A DNA stretch of 64,000 nucleotides from Limnothrix sp. BL-A-16 (GCA_041937175.2 CP166615.1:1568001-1632000); one strand, 5' to 3'. Counted from the first letter of the stretch, positions 22,654-33,678 are shown. Notes: generated from the letters alone by a model not told the origin. Numbers and translations are program-made.

Positions 22654-23745
22654 CTATTTGGTGATCGTCATCAGATGGGATCGCAGATCCAAAAGCTTTT
22701 GCCAGGCCAATCCTTGATCCAAAATTGTGGCCGCTTGGGCCAAGCCATCCTTCAATGGCGTTGAATCCATGAAGTCAGTGGGGCGATCGGAGCCAGCGCT
22801 GTTCAGTCGCCAAAGATAAAAACCCGCATTCCAAATCACACTGGTGCGCCAGGGGTGATCTTGACCATGACTCCCTTGGAACAGGGAACTCAAGTTTTCA
22901 GCCCATTCAGCGGCCGTCCCCAGGGGCAGATTGCCTTGGCTATATCCCAAATCCCAGGGATTGAGACAGAGGCGATCGAACCGGCCCGGCTGCCCCAACC
23001 CCGTGATCACCGTCCGATCGTGCGGTAAATCGGGACTGCCTTCGAGGCCCTTGACCGTGGTGAAAGACTCAATTTGATGCAGCGCCAAGGCATCACGCAT
23101 CATCTGTTCCGTGGGCGGATGCACAAACCCCATCACCCGATGTTGGGGCCCTTGGTAGGGCGACCAAAGCAGCTCCAGGGTGGCCAGGGGCGGCCGTTTG
23201 CCAATTTCATCGCGGTAGGCCGCCAGGGGCACGGTTTCGGGAAAATGCTTCGGCACATAGCAGTAGGTTAAACCCTGCTCTGCCAAGCACCGTTCCACCT
23301 GCTCCCAACTGGCCCGAGTCCAATCCAAACCCAAGGCCTGCCATAGTTCCGTGAGGGTGATGCCATACTTCGTGGCCATGCGATCGCCCCCATGGAACAG
23401 CAAGGGAAACCCCGCCGCCGCCAGGATCAGCCCCGTGGCAATCCCCAAAGGAGCCGTGCGCGATCGCCCGTCGTAGGGAATTCCAAAGCTGACCAAGGGC
23501 CGATCGCCCTTGATCGGCCCGAAGCGCGGCCCCAACTCAGCGTAAGCATCCAACATGCCCGCCAACTCTTCCCCCGTGGGCCGCTTAATCCGATGGGCAA
23601 TCAGAAATGCACCAATTTGGGCTGGGGTGGCCGCCTGGGTCAACATCAGTCGCATGGCTTCGGCGGCCTGCGATCGATCCAAATTTTTGCCTGTGTGGGG
23701 CCCGCTGCCGATGGTTTTCAGCAGCTCGCGGAAGACTTTGCTCAT
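22654..23745 (-). CDS. Anthranilate phosphoribosyltransferase-like (TrpD2/YbiB-like) protein
   Basis: AQIGAFLIAHRIKR, PYDGRSR, GFVHPP. Confidence 0.85.
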   Translation of the reverse strand: MSKVFRELLKTIGSGPHTGKNLDRSQAAEAMRLMLTQAATPAQIGAFLIAHRIKRPTGEELAGMLDAYAELGPRFGPIKGDRPLVSFGIPYDGRSRTAPLGIATGLILAAAGFPLLFHGGDRMATKYGITLTELWQALGLDWTRASWEQVERCLAEQGLTYCYVPKHFPETVPLAAYRDEIGKRPPLATLELLWSPYQGPQHRVMGFVHPPTEQMMRDALALHQIESFTTVKGLEGSPDLPHDRTVITGLGQPGRFDRLCLNPWDLGYSQGNLPLGTAAEWAENLSSLFQGSHGQDHPWRTSVIWNAGFYLWRLNSAGSDRPTDFMDSTPLKDGLAQAATILDQGLAWQKLLDLRSHLMTITK

Positions 23746-24103
23746 GGGAAACGGCGGGTTACTTGCGGGTTATTGAGGACGAGACTCAGGATGATTCGGT
23801 GGAGTTTTGCGGGAGAGGCGGTCGGGGCAATCCGGGGCGTATTATCAAGGGCGATCGAGAGATTAGCAAACTCCTTTGGTGGCCGATGTAGCCTGTTGCG
23901 TGCTTTTGGCTTAAACCGGATTTGCCCAAACCGGGCCCATCAGCCGCCACCGTCGCCAAAACTGTCCCGATCGGCCCCTTTGTCCCGGAGCCAGGCGCAA
24001 CCTCACTGTCAGCATGATTAGGGATGGGTGATTGCCTCAAGCGTCTCAGCAGTGATACATTCCGGCTCAATTCCTTTCTCGATCGCGTTCCACGCCGCAG
24101 CCT

Positions 24104-24838
24104 ATGCAAGCCCCGATCGCGTCTCCTGTCATGCGCCATAACGCCGTGGTGACTCCATTTCGGCCCAAGCAACCGCAACCCCTCCGCATCATTGCCATGG
24201 GCGACAGTGTGATTTATGGCTACGGCGATCTCAGTGGCGGCGGTTGGGTTGAACGGTTGCGCCGCCAGTGGATGGCTCCCGACTCAGCCGGCCATGTGAT
24301 TTATAACTTGGGTGTTCGGGGCGACAAAGTGGCCCAAGTGAGCGATCGACTGGAGTTGGAATTTCGGAGCCGGGGCGAGTTGCGCAATCGCCTGCCCGAT
24401 CGCCTGATTCTTTCCGTGGGCACCAATGATTCGCCGCGAGTGGGCCGGGCCGACGGCAAAACCATGACTCCCATTGAAATTTTTGGGCCCCAAGTGGAAG
24501 CCTTGCTCGATCGGGCCCAGGGTCTCTGCCCCGTTTTGTTTGTGGGTATGATTCCCGTCAACCCCAGCAAAATGCCTTTTTTAGAGTGTTTGTATTACAA
24601 CCACGCCGATCAGTACCAACATAAAGAAGTGATCCGTCGGGCCTGTGAGGCGCGGCGGATTCCATTTTTAGACTGTTTTGAATTGTGGCTTGCGCGTGGA
24701 GCATCCTGGGTTGAACAGCGCCTCGGTTCCGATGGCTTGCATCCTAATGATTTGGGCTATGAAAGTCTCCTGGCTGATGTGACCGCATGGCAACCGATCG
24801 CCCAACTTGCCGCCATGGACACCAAGCCGATCGCCTAA
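24104..24838 (+). CDS. GDSL/SGNH family hydrolase
   Basis: GDSV, NLGVRG, GTND and DGLHPN blocks. Confidence 0.9.
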   Translation: MQAPIASPVMRHNAVVTPFRPKQPQPLRIIAMGDSVIYGYGDLSGGGWVERLRRQWMAPDSAGHVIYNLGVRGDKVAQVSDRLELEFRSRGELRNRLPDRLILSVGTNDSPRVGRADGKTMTPIEIFGPQVEALLDRAQGLCPVLFVGMIPVNPSKMPFLECLYYNHADQYQHKEVIRRACEARRIPFLDCFELWLARGASWVEQRLGSDGLHPNDLGYESLLADVTAWQPIAQLAAMDTKPIA

Positions 24839-24894
24839 AACCAGTTTTGGTTTAATCCATCCCCAACCACTCGATCGCCCTTTCCTTCAGTCCC

Positions 24895-24929
24895 ATCCTC
24901 CAATCTAGCCATCGGTTGGAGGATTTTTA
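24895..24929 (+). terminator. Probable intrinsic terminator
   Basis: ATCCTCCAATC...GGTTGGAGGAT stem followed by a T run, downstream of the GDSL gene. Confidence 0.55.
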
Positions 24930-25219
24930 TGAGGTGATCAGCACAATCAGCCATGATTGAGCCTTCCAGCGCAAACAATCGCGTTCTGCTTAGAAAACAG
25001 CCGAAAACCTCTCTTATTTGCTTCCTGAGAGGTTGATTTCATTCTCTAGTAATAGATTCATCACAGGTTTAATTTTTGTTTCGCCTTTAAAGCAAATCTC
25101 AAAAAATCATTTTCAAAATTCACTTTTTCTAGATTTCTCCAACCGCAATCAGTAAAATCGTTTACCATGATTTGCGTGATCCATTCATCCATGCACGGGT
25201 CACAAAGGAGTAAGGCGAG

Positions 25220-25882
25220 ATGCAATCAACTCTGCTGTTGCTGGTCTTGTGGGATCTGGAACGCATGACGGGGGCGGGTGTGCCTCGCAAGGGCAAAGTG
25301 GGCGGCAAGGGTAAGGATGACACGGCGCGATCGCGCTGTGGCAGCAAGGTCAAGGTTTCGGATTTTGAAGAAGCGGTGGACGCGCTGCTCCAAGCGGGAG
25401 CTGTGAGCGAGAACGGGGGACGGTTATCCCTGACGGCGGCGGGTAAGGCGCGGCTGGATCAAGAATTGCGGGCGGGCAAACTGGCGTTTTGGACGAAGGG
25501 ACAGAAGGGCACGGTGGTGAGTGCCAAAAATGCTCAGGCGGCGTTGAATTGGTTGCAACAGGCTCCCGCTCCGGCGGCTGGGGCTATTTCGGCGGGCGAA
25601 AAAATTACGTCCTACGACGAATTTAAGACGGTGGTTTTGGACACCCACAAGTTCTTGAATGAGGAACATCGATGCGAAAACTTTGTGCCGATCTACCAAA
25701 TTCGTCGGCAACTGGGCGATCGAATTTCGCGCACACAATTCGATGAATGGCTACTGGAAATGCAGGGCGATGACATTTTTCAATTGGAAAAGGGCAATGC
25801 ATCCGATGCGTCTAAGGATCAGCTCAAAGATTCAATTGAAACAAAAACTAGTGGTTTACGGTTCTATGCCAAGTTGCTGTAA
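25220..25882 (+). CDS. Hypothetical protein, probable winged-helix DNA-binding
   Basis: 220 aa; C-terminal VPIYQIRRQLGDRISR.QFDEWL; RBS-like AAGGAG upstream. Confidence 0.6.
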   Translation: MQSTLLLLVLWDLERMTGAGVPRKGKVGGKGKDDTARSRCGSKVKVSDFEEAVDALLQAGAVSENGGRLSLTAAGKARLDQELRAGKLAFWTKGQKGTVVSAKNAQAALNWLQQAPAPAAGAISAGEKITSYDEFKTVVLDTHKFLNEEHRCENFVPIYQIRRQLGDRISRTQFDEWLLEMQGDDIFQLEKGNASDASKDQLKDSIETKTSGLRFYAKLL

Positions 25883-25944
25883 AGCGGCTTGATTGTTTCT
25901 GTTTTGTTCCTTGCACACCAGATCGCAAAGTTGAGTTTTGGGTT

Positions 25945-28347
25945 ATGACGAATGCTTCCCCTTTGCATGAAATTCATCAAGCCATTCAGGAATATAACCC
26001 GTTCAACTTGCGATCTGTTGTCAAGCATCAGGATGTTTGGAATACAGACTTTATTGATTTTGAGTTTTTGCACGCTTCTGCATCGGACTTGATTTTAAAA
26101 AGACTGAAGGAAGTTCAAGAAAATTCTGACCGAGAAAAAAAGATTTCATCTTTCGTAATCACTGCCGAGCAGGGGATGGGAAAAAGTCACTTGGTTCGAC
26201 GGCTTCACAGGCGGATCTATGAAGCTCAAGATGCTTTTTTCCTCTACATGAGTTTTTCTCTATGTGGAAATATTGATCTGATCAATTATGAGCTACGTCA
26301 AGCTATTTCCCGAAGCTTGTCGCAACTTACTGTGCTAGGTATTTCTCAGTGGCAAGCATTGGCAACTTCTATTATCGAGAAAAGAATACTGACCTCCAAA
26401 AGTAATCAGAGTCTCGATTCAGTACGCTTTGTCAAGCAGTTTGATGAAAACTGCCGTAGCTATCAAGCAAAGGGGAAAAGCTTAATTGAGACGCTGTTTG
26501 CTAAGTGCCAGCCTTACTTTCCAGAAGTTGATCCTGACATTCTCAAGGCCTTGATTTGGACTCTATCAGAATCTTACGCTCCTTATGCCATTAAATGGCT
26601 GAGCGGCGATGAGCTATCAACAGCCTATCTTGAGAAAATGGGTTTACCCAGTATTCCAACTTCTGATTCATCTAGGGAGTCGGAATCTTTAAAGGCGAAC
26701 CTGGCAATTTTGAAGCTTTTGGTTGCTCATCGTCCTGTTTTACTTTGTTTTGATGAGACTGAAATTTCACAATTGAATAATCAGGGCTTGACCTCAACGC
26801 AAGTTTTAGCTTATTTGATCAAGTATATCTTTGATTCACTACATCTTTCCGAGGAAGATTGTGGATTAATTCTAACCTCCTTCCTGTTTCCTAATTCATG
26901 GCAATCTGAGATACCGTCTCTGGCTGGTGCTACTGATCGAATGACAGCGGGTACTGGTCAGCCTATTAGCCTGAAGCAACTAGATAGTCAGTTACTCCTC
27001 AAACTAGTTAGATTCTTACTAGAGAAGAAATTTTATGAGCCACGCAATTTAACGCCGCCTCATCCGCTCTATCCCTTCGATGAAAATGAGCTGAGGGAAC
27101 TTGGTAAAAAAGAACGCCCACCGATTCGTTACGCCCTGCGTTGGTGTGCTGAAAACTTTGTGGTAACAGCGCCGCCGATTCCGCCTGAGGAGCGTTTTCA
27201 AAAGGGATTTGAAGAGAAACTCCAAGATGATTATCGCGAAGCAATGGCCGACGGCACTACTGTTGCTGAAACCCTGCGCTATTGCTTTGAGTTGGTTGTC
27301 AATCAAACCATCAGCGGTGAAACAAAATCCGGCGAGAGAATTGAAGGGGCTACGATTACCGCGATCGCCAATATTGAACCCAAAGCCAAAAATGCTGGCT
27401 ACATCAACTTCAAGATTGTCGGAACCGAACAGGACAAACCCTTCGCGATCGGGGTAGCCGTCCTGCAACAATCGGGCCTCTCCTTTGCCGCCGGTTTGAA
27501 TCGCCTAGTGGACTACAAAACCTATGGGCTGACGCGCGGCTGTCTGATTCGTGGCGCAGACTTCAAGATCAAGACCTTCTGGGATTCCTACAAAACCTAC
27601 CAGAACTTTATCCAGCGCCAAGGTGGCGAGCACATTGAACCCGACCCGGAACAATTGAAAGTCTTGATGGCTCTGAAAGCCGTCTTTGAAAGCGCTTCAA
27701 TTTATGGTTTGACGGAAGCAGAAGTACAAGAATTTTCTCGCGAAATTGCACTGAATAATGAGATTCTGTTGGAGATTCTCAGTGATCCATCGGGCTTGAT
27801 TGATCCCAGCATTATCGATGACGAAACCCTCGTCAGCATCATTATTGGCGACGATGATTTGATCGATACCAGCGCGATCGAGGACAATGAAGAAGACCTG
27901 ATCGATTTGTTGGTGGGCAGCGGCGATGATGATTTAGAACCAGACGATGCGAGCCAGCCAGCAACTCCACCCGCTGATACATCGACAATCCAGTCACTCA
28001 CCCTCAAGTCTGACTACAAAGGTAAGAAACTTTGTGCTTTTACCCTGCGTGGCGAAAATTATTCGGTCAAGAGCTGGCGCGAGTTCTTTATCACTATTAA
28101 CCAAGTACTAGCAGAGAAACACGCCGAGAAATTTGTCAAGGTTGCGCTAGAGTCCAATGGACGAAAGGCTCGGTTTTCTCAAAAAACTGAGGGGATGTTT
28201 AAGCCTATCTTCCTAGAAAAGGTAGGGCTATACATTGAAACAGATTTGGGAATTTCTAGCGTTCTAACTCTCACGGAAAAACTGCTAGCTCCTCTGGGGT
28301 ATTTGGAGGACGAATTGACTTTGCAAGTGGTTGACAAAATTAATTAG
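25945..28347 (+). CDS. P-loop NTPase with acidic linker and small C-terminal domain
   Basis: Walker A AEQGMGKS, Walker B LLCFDE, HPLYPF motif. Confidence 0.75.
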   Translation: MTNASPLHEIHQAIQEYNPFNLRSVVKHQDVWNTDFIDFEFLHASASDLILKRLKEVQENSDREKKISSFVITAEQGMGKSHLVRRLHRRIYEAQDAFFLYMSFSLCGNIDLINYELRQAISRSLSQLTVLGISQWQALATSIIEKRILTSKSNQSLDSVRFVKQFDENCRSYQAKGKSLIETLFAKCQPYFPEVDPDILKALIWTLSESYAPYAIKWLSGDELSTAYLEKMGLPSIPTSDSSRESESLKANLAILKLLVAHRPVLLCFDETEISQLNNQGLTSTQVLAYLIKYIFDSLHLSEEDCGLILTSFLFPNSWQSEIPSLAGATDRMTAGTGQPISLKQLDSQLLLKLVRFLLEKKFYEPRNLTPPHPLYPFDENELRELGKKERPPIRYALRWCAENFVVTAPPIPPEERFQKGFEEKLQDDYREAMADGTTVAETLRYCFELVVNQTISGETKSGERIEGATITAIANIEPKAKNAGYINFKIVGTEQDKPFAIGVAVLQQSGLSFAAGLNRLVDYKTYGLTRGCLIRGADFKIKTFWDSYKTYQNFIQRQGGEHIEPDPEQLKVLMALKAVFESASIYGLTEAEVQEFSREIALNNEILLEILSDPSGLIDPSIIDDETLVSIIIGDDDLIDTSAIEDNEEDLIDLLVGSGDDDLEPDDASQPATPPADTSTIQSLTLKSDYKGKKLCAFTLRGENYSVKSWREFFITINQVLAEKHAEKFVKVALESNGRKARFSQKTEGMFKPIFLEKVGLYIETDLGISSVLTLTEKLLAPLGYLEDELTLQVVDKIN

Positions 28348-28359
28348 TAATCCAGCCAC

Positions 28360-29814
28360 ATGGAACTACAACCCAAACCTACCGCCGCCCTCTGCTTGCC
28401 AGAATCTGAGATTTCAGCACTGTTGCAAGGGCGAATGCTGGCGATGTTGTCCGCCACGTTCATCAAGCCCCAGCGCATGTTGGCGCTTCAGCCGATTCCC
28501 GATCGCCTCAATCCCCGATCGCACGATCGCCCCTACCGATTCGCAGATTTGGGTTCCGAGAGCCTTCCCCCCGCCATCCGGGCGATCGTCACCTGTGTGG
28601 AATGCCAAATTATTGACGACTTGGCGGCCGTCGATGCGATCGCCGCCCTCACCATTTGGTCTGAGGATTTCCTCGCCCGTTCGATCGCCACCAAAGGACA
28701 CTTATTCCTAGCCACCGTCCGTGCTTTTCGACTGGTCACCCCCCACCCCCTAGAGCACGATTTTGAAGACCTCAGCGCGATCGGAAAATGCGTGGTGATG
28801 CCCCGTCCCTTCACGGGCGAAAATCCTGAGCCGGTGCTGCCGGAAGCGGTGTTTAAACGGCGATCGCAACAACTGCGCGATCAACAACCGCCCGAACATT
28901 CAGAACTTGAAGCTCTGCAATCCGCCCTTGCTGATTTAGCCAACACACTGCCCAGCGCCACACAATTAGACAACCGCATCCAAGCCTTTTTGGGGTGGCG
29001 CGTGCCAGGGCGATCGTCCCGTCTCAGTCCCTGGATGAGCAAAATTTCTAAAGTCGGTGCATCCAGCGAAGGCAACGAATTCGAGCGGCTGGTGCGCCAA
29101 GCCATGATTTCCTTAGGATTTTCTAACCGCAATCAAAATCCCAAAGCTAGCCTTGATCCCGATAGTGTCGGCGGCGCAGGCGGTCTAGATTTTGTTTGTG
29201 AATCGCCCTATTTAATCATCGGTGAGTGTAAATCAAGCAGCCGCGATACGCTACCCGATGGGGTGTTTTCGCAGCTTATGAAACTTGGTAACAAATATCT
29301 CAATCCTGAAGACTATGAACAAGCCATAAAATTAGTTATTTCTGTTGGCAAACCCAACCACCATGCTCAAAAAACAGCCCAAGGCAACCGTATGAATTTG
29401 ATTAAGCCCACCACCCTAGAACGCTTGGTTAAGCTCAATGTTTCCTATCCTGGTTCGTTGAATTTATGGGAGCTAGAAAATTGCCTAAAAAATCCGCCCT
29501 ATGCTCAAGAAGCTGATGACCAAATCAATGATTTTATAGATGAAAAAATTGAACAATTGCGAATCCGTGCATTTTTGATTGATTGCCTAAAACGACTAAC
29601 AAGTAACAATCAAAATAAAGGAGCTAGCACAGTCGAGCTTCACGCAGTCTATATCACCTCCCAGCCCCCCAAATTGCTGGAAATGGAAGACCTGCACAGC
29701 GTGGCGATCGAACTGGCTTCCCCACTCACCGGTTATCTAAGTCGCGAAAAGGGTCGTGAGTGGCGGGACGATCGCTTCTTTTGGTTGCGCGACTTGGCGA
29801 TCGAGAAAATCTAG
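28360..29814 (+). CDS. DUF1802-like N-terminal domain fused to a PD-(D/E)xK restriction-endonuclease-like domain
   Basis: ALLQGR...LTIWS.DFL N-terminus; FERLVR..M.SLGF...GGLDF...IGECK. Confidence 0.7.
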   Translation: MELQPKPTAALCLPESEISALLQGRMLAMLSATFIKPQRMLALQPIPDRLNPRSHDRPYRFADLGSESLPPAIRAIVTCVECQIIDDLAAVDAIAALTIWSEDFLARSIATKGHLFLATVRAFRLVTPHPLEHDFEDLSAIGKCVVMPRPFTGENPEPVLPEAVFKRRSQQLRDQQPPEHSELEALQSALADLANTLPSATQLDNRIQAFLGWRVPGRSSRLSPWMSKISKVGASSEGNEFERLVRQAMISLGFSNRNQNPKASLDPDSVGGAGGLDFVCESPYLIIGECKSSSRDTLPDGVFSQLMKLGNKYLNPEDYEQAIKLVISVGKPNHHAQKTAQGNRMNLIKPTTLERLVKLNVSYPGSLNLWELENCLKNPPYAQEADDQINDFIDEKIEQLRIRAFLIDCLKRLTSNNQNKGASTVELHAVYITSQPPKLLEMEDLHSVAIELASPLTGYLSREKGREWRDDRFFWLRDLAIEKI

Positions 29815-29832
29815 GCGATTCCTTTTCAGTCC

Positions 29833-31899
29833 TCATTCTCGGGCTGCTTCAATGCAGGTTTCCCGATCTTTCTGTAAATTGGGCTTGCCTTCCCGTTCTC
29901 GCCCAACAGAAAATCGCGTTTCAATATAGGGCAACTCGATCGTAAAACAACTGCCCACAGTCACCTCACTGGTCACCCCCACACGACCACCGTGAAGTTC
30001 AACAATCCGCTTCACCAGAGCCAAGCCCAGACCCGTCCCCTCATATTTACGATTGAGGGCACTGTCAATTTGCACAAACGGCTGAAAAAGACGCTTAATA
30101 TCCTCTGGTGCAATCCCAATACCCGTATCAGTGATTGAAATTCGCACAAAATATTTTTGTAATTCTCCATTTTTTTCCGCCTCATTCTCGCCCTCTTTCT
30201 TTTGGCAAGTCACTTCTAGGGTGATGCGTCCGCCTTCCGGCGTAAATTTAAAGGCATTATTGAGCAAATTCAACAAAACTTGGCGGATACGACGTTCATC
30301 GATATATAAATCTGGCAAATTAGGCGATAGATTAACTTCCAGTTGAATATTTTTTTGCTCGGCTTGGGGCTGAATGAATGTCAAGCTTGATGTGCAAAGC
30401 GGCCCGATCGCAACGGTCGTGCAATTTAGCTCCAAAAACTCCGATTCGATCTTGGCAATATCCAAAATATCGTTAATTAAATCCAGAAGATGTGCGCCGC
30501 TTTTTTCAATATTCTCTAGTGCTTTGTATTGCTGCTTATTAACACTGCCAAAGATACCCTCTTGCAAAATCTCCGCCACTCCCAAAATTGTGTTTAAGGG
30601 AGTGCGGAGTTCGTGGCTCATGGTTGCCAAAAAATTGTCTTTCAGTCGATTTGACTGCGTGAGTTGACTATTGGCTTTTTGTAACCTTTGCAGAAGGCTC
30701 TGTTGTTGATTTACCATGCTGAAAAAGACATCGGATAAATGGCTAATTTCATCCTGTGAATGGTTGGCGTTTTCATGATTCCCGATCATGCGATCGCAAA
30801 CATCTAAAATGGGTTGCAAACGGCGATTTAAAAATCGAATGAATAACCAAACAACCAGCAACAACAGAAATGCTGCAATGATCGTGGCGCTGATAGCTCC
30901 CAATAGGGCAGGTTTGGCAATAGCCTCGTAAGGAATAGCCTCCAGCATCACCCATTGAGTTCTGGGAACTGTTTGATAAACCCAATAAATCGAATCAGAT
31001 TCAAAATGTGATTTTTCAATGCCTTGATTGATTCGGTAAAGAATTTGTTCCCAAACAGGTTTTAGGGACGGAATGGATGAAACATTAGCCAATTGGGCAG
31101 CCTTACGAGGATCAAGAGAATAGCTCAAGAGTTGCCCATTTTTTGTGATTAGAGCATAATAGCCATTGTTATTGAACGAAAGATCATCTTGACTTAAATT
31201 AAGATCGCCAGCATCAATGTCTTTATTAAGATCATCAATATTAATATCTCCGTTCATTACAGCAATTAGCTGACCTTTTTGATTGCGAATCGTTCCTGAA
31301 AAGGTCATGAGTGGAATGGGATAATTATCATTCATATAAGGCTTTGACCAAAGGTAGCGATCAGCCTTAACCGCGTCTCTGAAGTATTGCAGTTTTGGAT
31401 ACTGATCGACTTCCCATAGATCAACCAATGTAAATCTAGGATCTTGAGTAAGAGTAACCCCGCGATCGGGAATAGATTCTTCAACATAGGGGCCAAACCA
31501 CTCGCGATCGACCAAGCCCTTGGGGAACTGCATCACCCCAAATCCGGTGATCAGTTTAGGACGAGCTGACATAAATGAAAGCACTAATTTCTCGTAGGCC
31601 TCGGGCGATCGCACACCACTATCGTGTAAGAAAATCGTTGCGGAAACCAAACTTTTTAAAAAAGTTTCACCACTGAGCAGCTCCGCATCGAGATGCCGAA
31701 CCTTATTATCCGTTTCCGAAGTTAGTTGCAAAATCCGAACGGATTTCAGCTCACTATAAAATAAATACCCTAAGCTGCCGAGACCAATGGAGGCGGCAGA
31801 AATCACCGCCACAAACAAGCGAGTGCCGATCGAACGAAGTCCAAATTTCATTGATTTAGCCGGAACAGTTAGACCGTTTTGGGTTGAATGGCTTGTCAT
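29833..31899 (-). CDS. Membrane sensor histidine kinase with Cache-like periplasmic domain
   Basis: Two TM segments, MSHELRTPLN, NLLNNAFKFT, DTGIGI, GTGLGL. Confidence 0.92.
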   Translation of the reverse strand: MTSHSTQNGLTVPAKSMKFGLRSIGTRLFVAVISAASIGLGSLGYLFYSELKSVRILQLTSETDNKVRHLDAELLSGETFLKSLVSATIFLHDSGVRSPEAYEKLVLSFMSARPKLITGFGVMQFPKGLVDREWFGPYVEESIPDRGVTLTQDPRFTLVDLWEVDQYPKLQYFRDAVKADRYLWSKPYMNDNYPIPLMTFSGTIRNQKGQLIAVMNGDINIDDLNKDIDAGDLNLSQDDLSFNNNGYYALITKNGQLLSYSLDPRKAAQLANVSSIPSLKPVWEQILYRINQGIEKSHFESDSIYWVYQTVPRTQWVMLEAIPYEAIAKPALLGAISATIIAAFLLLLVVWLFIRFLNRRLQPILDVCDRMIGNHENANHSQDEISHLSDVFFSMVNQQQSLLQRLQKANSQLTQSNRLKDNFLATMSHELRTPLNTILGVAEILQEGIFGSVNKQQYKALENIEKSGAHLLDLINDILDIAKIESEFLELNCTTVAIGPLCTSSLTFIQPQAEQKNIQLEVNLSPNLPDLYIDERRIRQVLLNLLNNAFKFTPEGGRITLEVTCQKKEGENEAEKNGELQKYFVRISITDTGIGIAPEDIKRLFQPFVQIDSALNRKYEGTGLGLALVKRIVELHGGRVGVTSEVTVGSCFTIELPYIETRFSVGREREGKPNLQKDRETCIEAARE

Positions 31900-32261
31900 T
31901 GCTTAGCCCAGTAGCCTCAGTGGCGGACTGTTCAAAGTATAAAGAAGCACCTCTTTAACTAAAGAAAACCTAGTCTGAAACGCTGGCTCAAGCATGTGGC
32001 AAAATCACGAGGTATAAAAACATAATTGAATCCTAAATTTATGGATGCCAAATTTTTAAATTCGACTGAGAAAGATACAACAAATCTAACAGGAGTTAAT
32101 ATTTTTGCCCACGATCAATTAACTGTTGAATGACCTAATCAACAGCTCATCGGCAGCCCGCCCTTGGTCGCCCGACCAATACCCACAGCCCTCGTCCGCT
32201 GACGCTGGACAGCGGATTCATTCTGGGGTGTTTCGTGTCATGCTTTTCCGACCGTTCCCGC

Positions 32262-32501
32262 TCAGCCCTCGTCCTCAGCGTCTTTAGGAGCCAGCTCCCC
32301 GATCGCCCGGCCCAAATAGGCCTCAACAAAAGCCCGCGCCGCCTTTGGGTTCAACTGCTCTAGGGCATCCACGATCGATGGAATCGATTCCGCTGTTGGG
32401 TCGCGCGTTTCTGCGAACCAATGGCTAATAGTGGCGCGATTGATGCCCATCGCCACCGCTAAGCGATTTTGGGCGATGTTGTATTGCTGCAACCGAATCA
32501 T
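32262..32501 (-). CDS. XRE-family HTH protein, possibly 5'-truncated
   Basis: IAQNRLAVAMGINRATISHW HTH; abuts the island edge. Confidence 0.6.
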   Translation of the reverse strand: MIRLQQYNIAQNRLAVAMGINRATISHWFAETRDPTAESIPSIVDALEQLNPKAARAFVEAYLGRAIGELAPKDAEDEG

Positions 32502-32609
32502 CCTCGTGGGTCAAAGCGAGTGGGTCGATCGCTTGGTCAAGAGCCGCTACGTAACTGGTGTTTAGCATTATTGTTTTGAAGCTCTCGATTTTTGTACTGC
32601 TGGTGCTTA

Positions 32610-33059
32610 TCAATTAGCTTGCTCTTCTTGAAATGGGCTTGCATACCACTGTAAGTACCATTGTTCTGGATCCTCATCACTGGAACAGTCTTCATACTTT
32701 GGAATATGAATCTGGTAAGAATCATGAAAAGACAAGTGAAGACTGTTGTCTTCCAAAAATTCGTACCCTGTAAATATGCTTTGATTTAACGGATGAAATA
32801 GATTGCACCACTCTTGAAATCTTAGTCTGTAGTCAATATCTTCATAATGTGGGCACAAGTAGGCATCTGCAATCAGTTCTCCATTCTGCATAAATGACCA
32901 AGGTGGGTCAATCCAAATGTAACCTTGCCTTTTTAATTTGTCTTTTTTTTCAAATCTGATTTTGATGGAATTACACGCAATTGAATGGTGACAAGTCTTT
33001 CCAATAAAACCTCTCAAAATCGGTTCATACTTTTGTCGATCACTAGTGATATGGCCCAA
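32610..33059 (-). CDS. Hypothetical protein (cassette E cargo)
   Basis: 149 aa, AT-rich, TTG start with GAGGTGG upstream, follows attI-like copy 3. Confidence 0.6.
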   Translation of the reverse strand: MGHITSDRQKYEPILRGFIGKTCHHSIACNSIKIRFEKKDKLKRQGYIWIDPPWSFMQNGELIADAYLCPHYEDIDYRLRFQEWCNLFHPLNQSIFTGYEFLEDNSLHLSFHDSYQIHIPKYEDCSSDEDPEQWYLQWYASPFQEEQAN

Positions 33060-33175
33060 TTTTCCACCTCATTCTCAATACTACAGATGTGCTTTCAACC
33101 TTTAAGCTGAAAGCTATTAACCTTGATCGCTGACAAAGAGTCTATCAAACAAGTTTATAACCTCTTTCTGAAGCA

Positions 33176-33310
33176 GGACAACTATTGATTAAATGATTAG
33201 ATTGCAGTTGCTTGAAAACTCTTTCAGCAGAGTGTTGTTCAGCAGTGGCAAAACAATGTCATCAATTATCATACTTTTGTTGTAACGATCGCCCTGGAAG
33301 CGTCACAGCC
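33176..33310 (-). other. attI-like platform copy 3 (diverged)
   Basis: + strand GGACAAC-TATTGATTAAATGATTAGATTGCAGTTGC...CTCTTTCAGCAGAGTGTT aligns with 33696 and 40307; identity ends at AAC. Confidence 0.65.
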
Positions 33311-33375
33311 CTAACCCAACAGCGCGATCGCCTGTTTCACCAGGTTCTCCGCCGTCAGACCGTTGAGGCCCATCA
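33311..33375 (-). pseudogene. Phosphoketolase 3'-end fragment 3 (65 bp, includes stop)
   Basis: Encodes MGLNGLTAENLVKQAIALLG*, matching the end of 40473..42680. Confidence 0.9.
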
Positions 33376-33678
33376 AACGTCTTCATCGTAGGCTCTCGCA
33401 ATCGCGGTGTCGAAACGGCTGGCAAACTCGCAGAACTCCTGCCCCCAACCACTGCTCACACTGACCTCCTGGATTGGGCCGGTGGGAAGAAACAAAAGCT
33501 CAATGTCGGAACGCTTGGGTATGTCGCCAGACTCAATGCGAGAAACAATGCTGTCAATCTCTCGAAGTGCTGCCGGTGCATCCTTCCATGAAGACCAATC
33601 AAAGTTGTTGTCGGGCCGCGAGAGGAACTGGCGCGCCTCTCGGAGAACCTCAACCAACTGTTGGTGCTTGGAATTCAT
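33373..33678 (-). CDS. Hypothetical protein (cassette D cargo)
   Basis: 101 aa; ATG about 20 bp after the GTTAGGT core; its TGA overlaps phosphoketolase fragment 3. Confidence 0.7.
   Translation of the reverse strand: MNSKHQQLVEVLREARQFLSRPDNNFDWSSWKDAPAALREIDSIVSRIESGDIPKRSDIELLFLPTGPIQEVSVSSGWGQEFCEFASRFDTAIARAYDEDV

Noticed and set aside
32500..32610. attC at the end of cassette E
   Set aside because: No matching inverse core (GGACAAC on the minus strand) or attC-like palindrome found, so this boundary is undefined.
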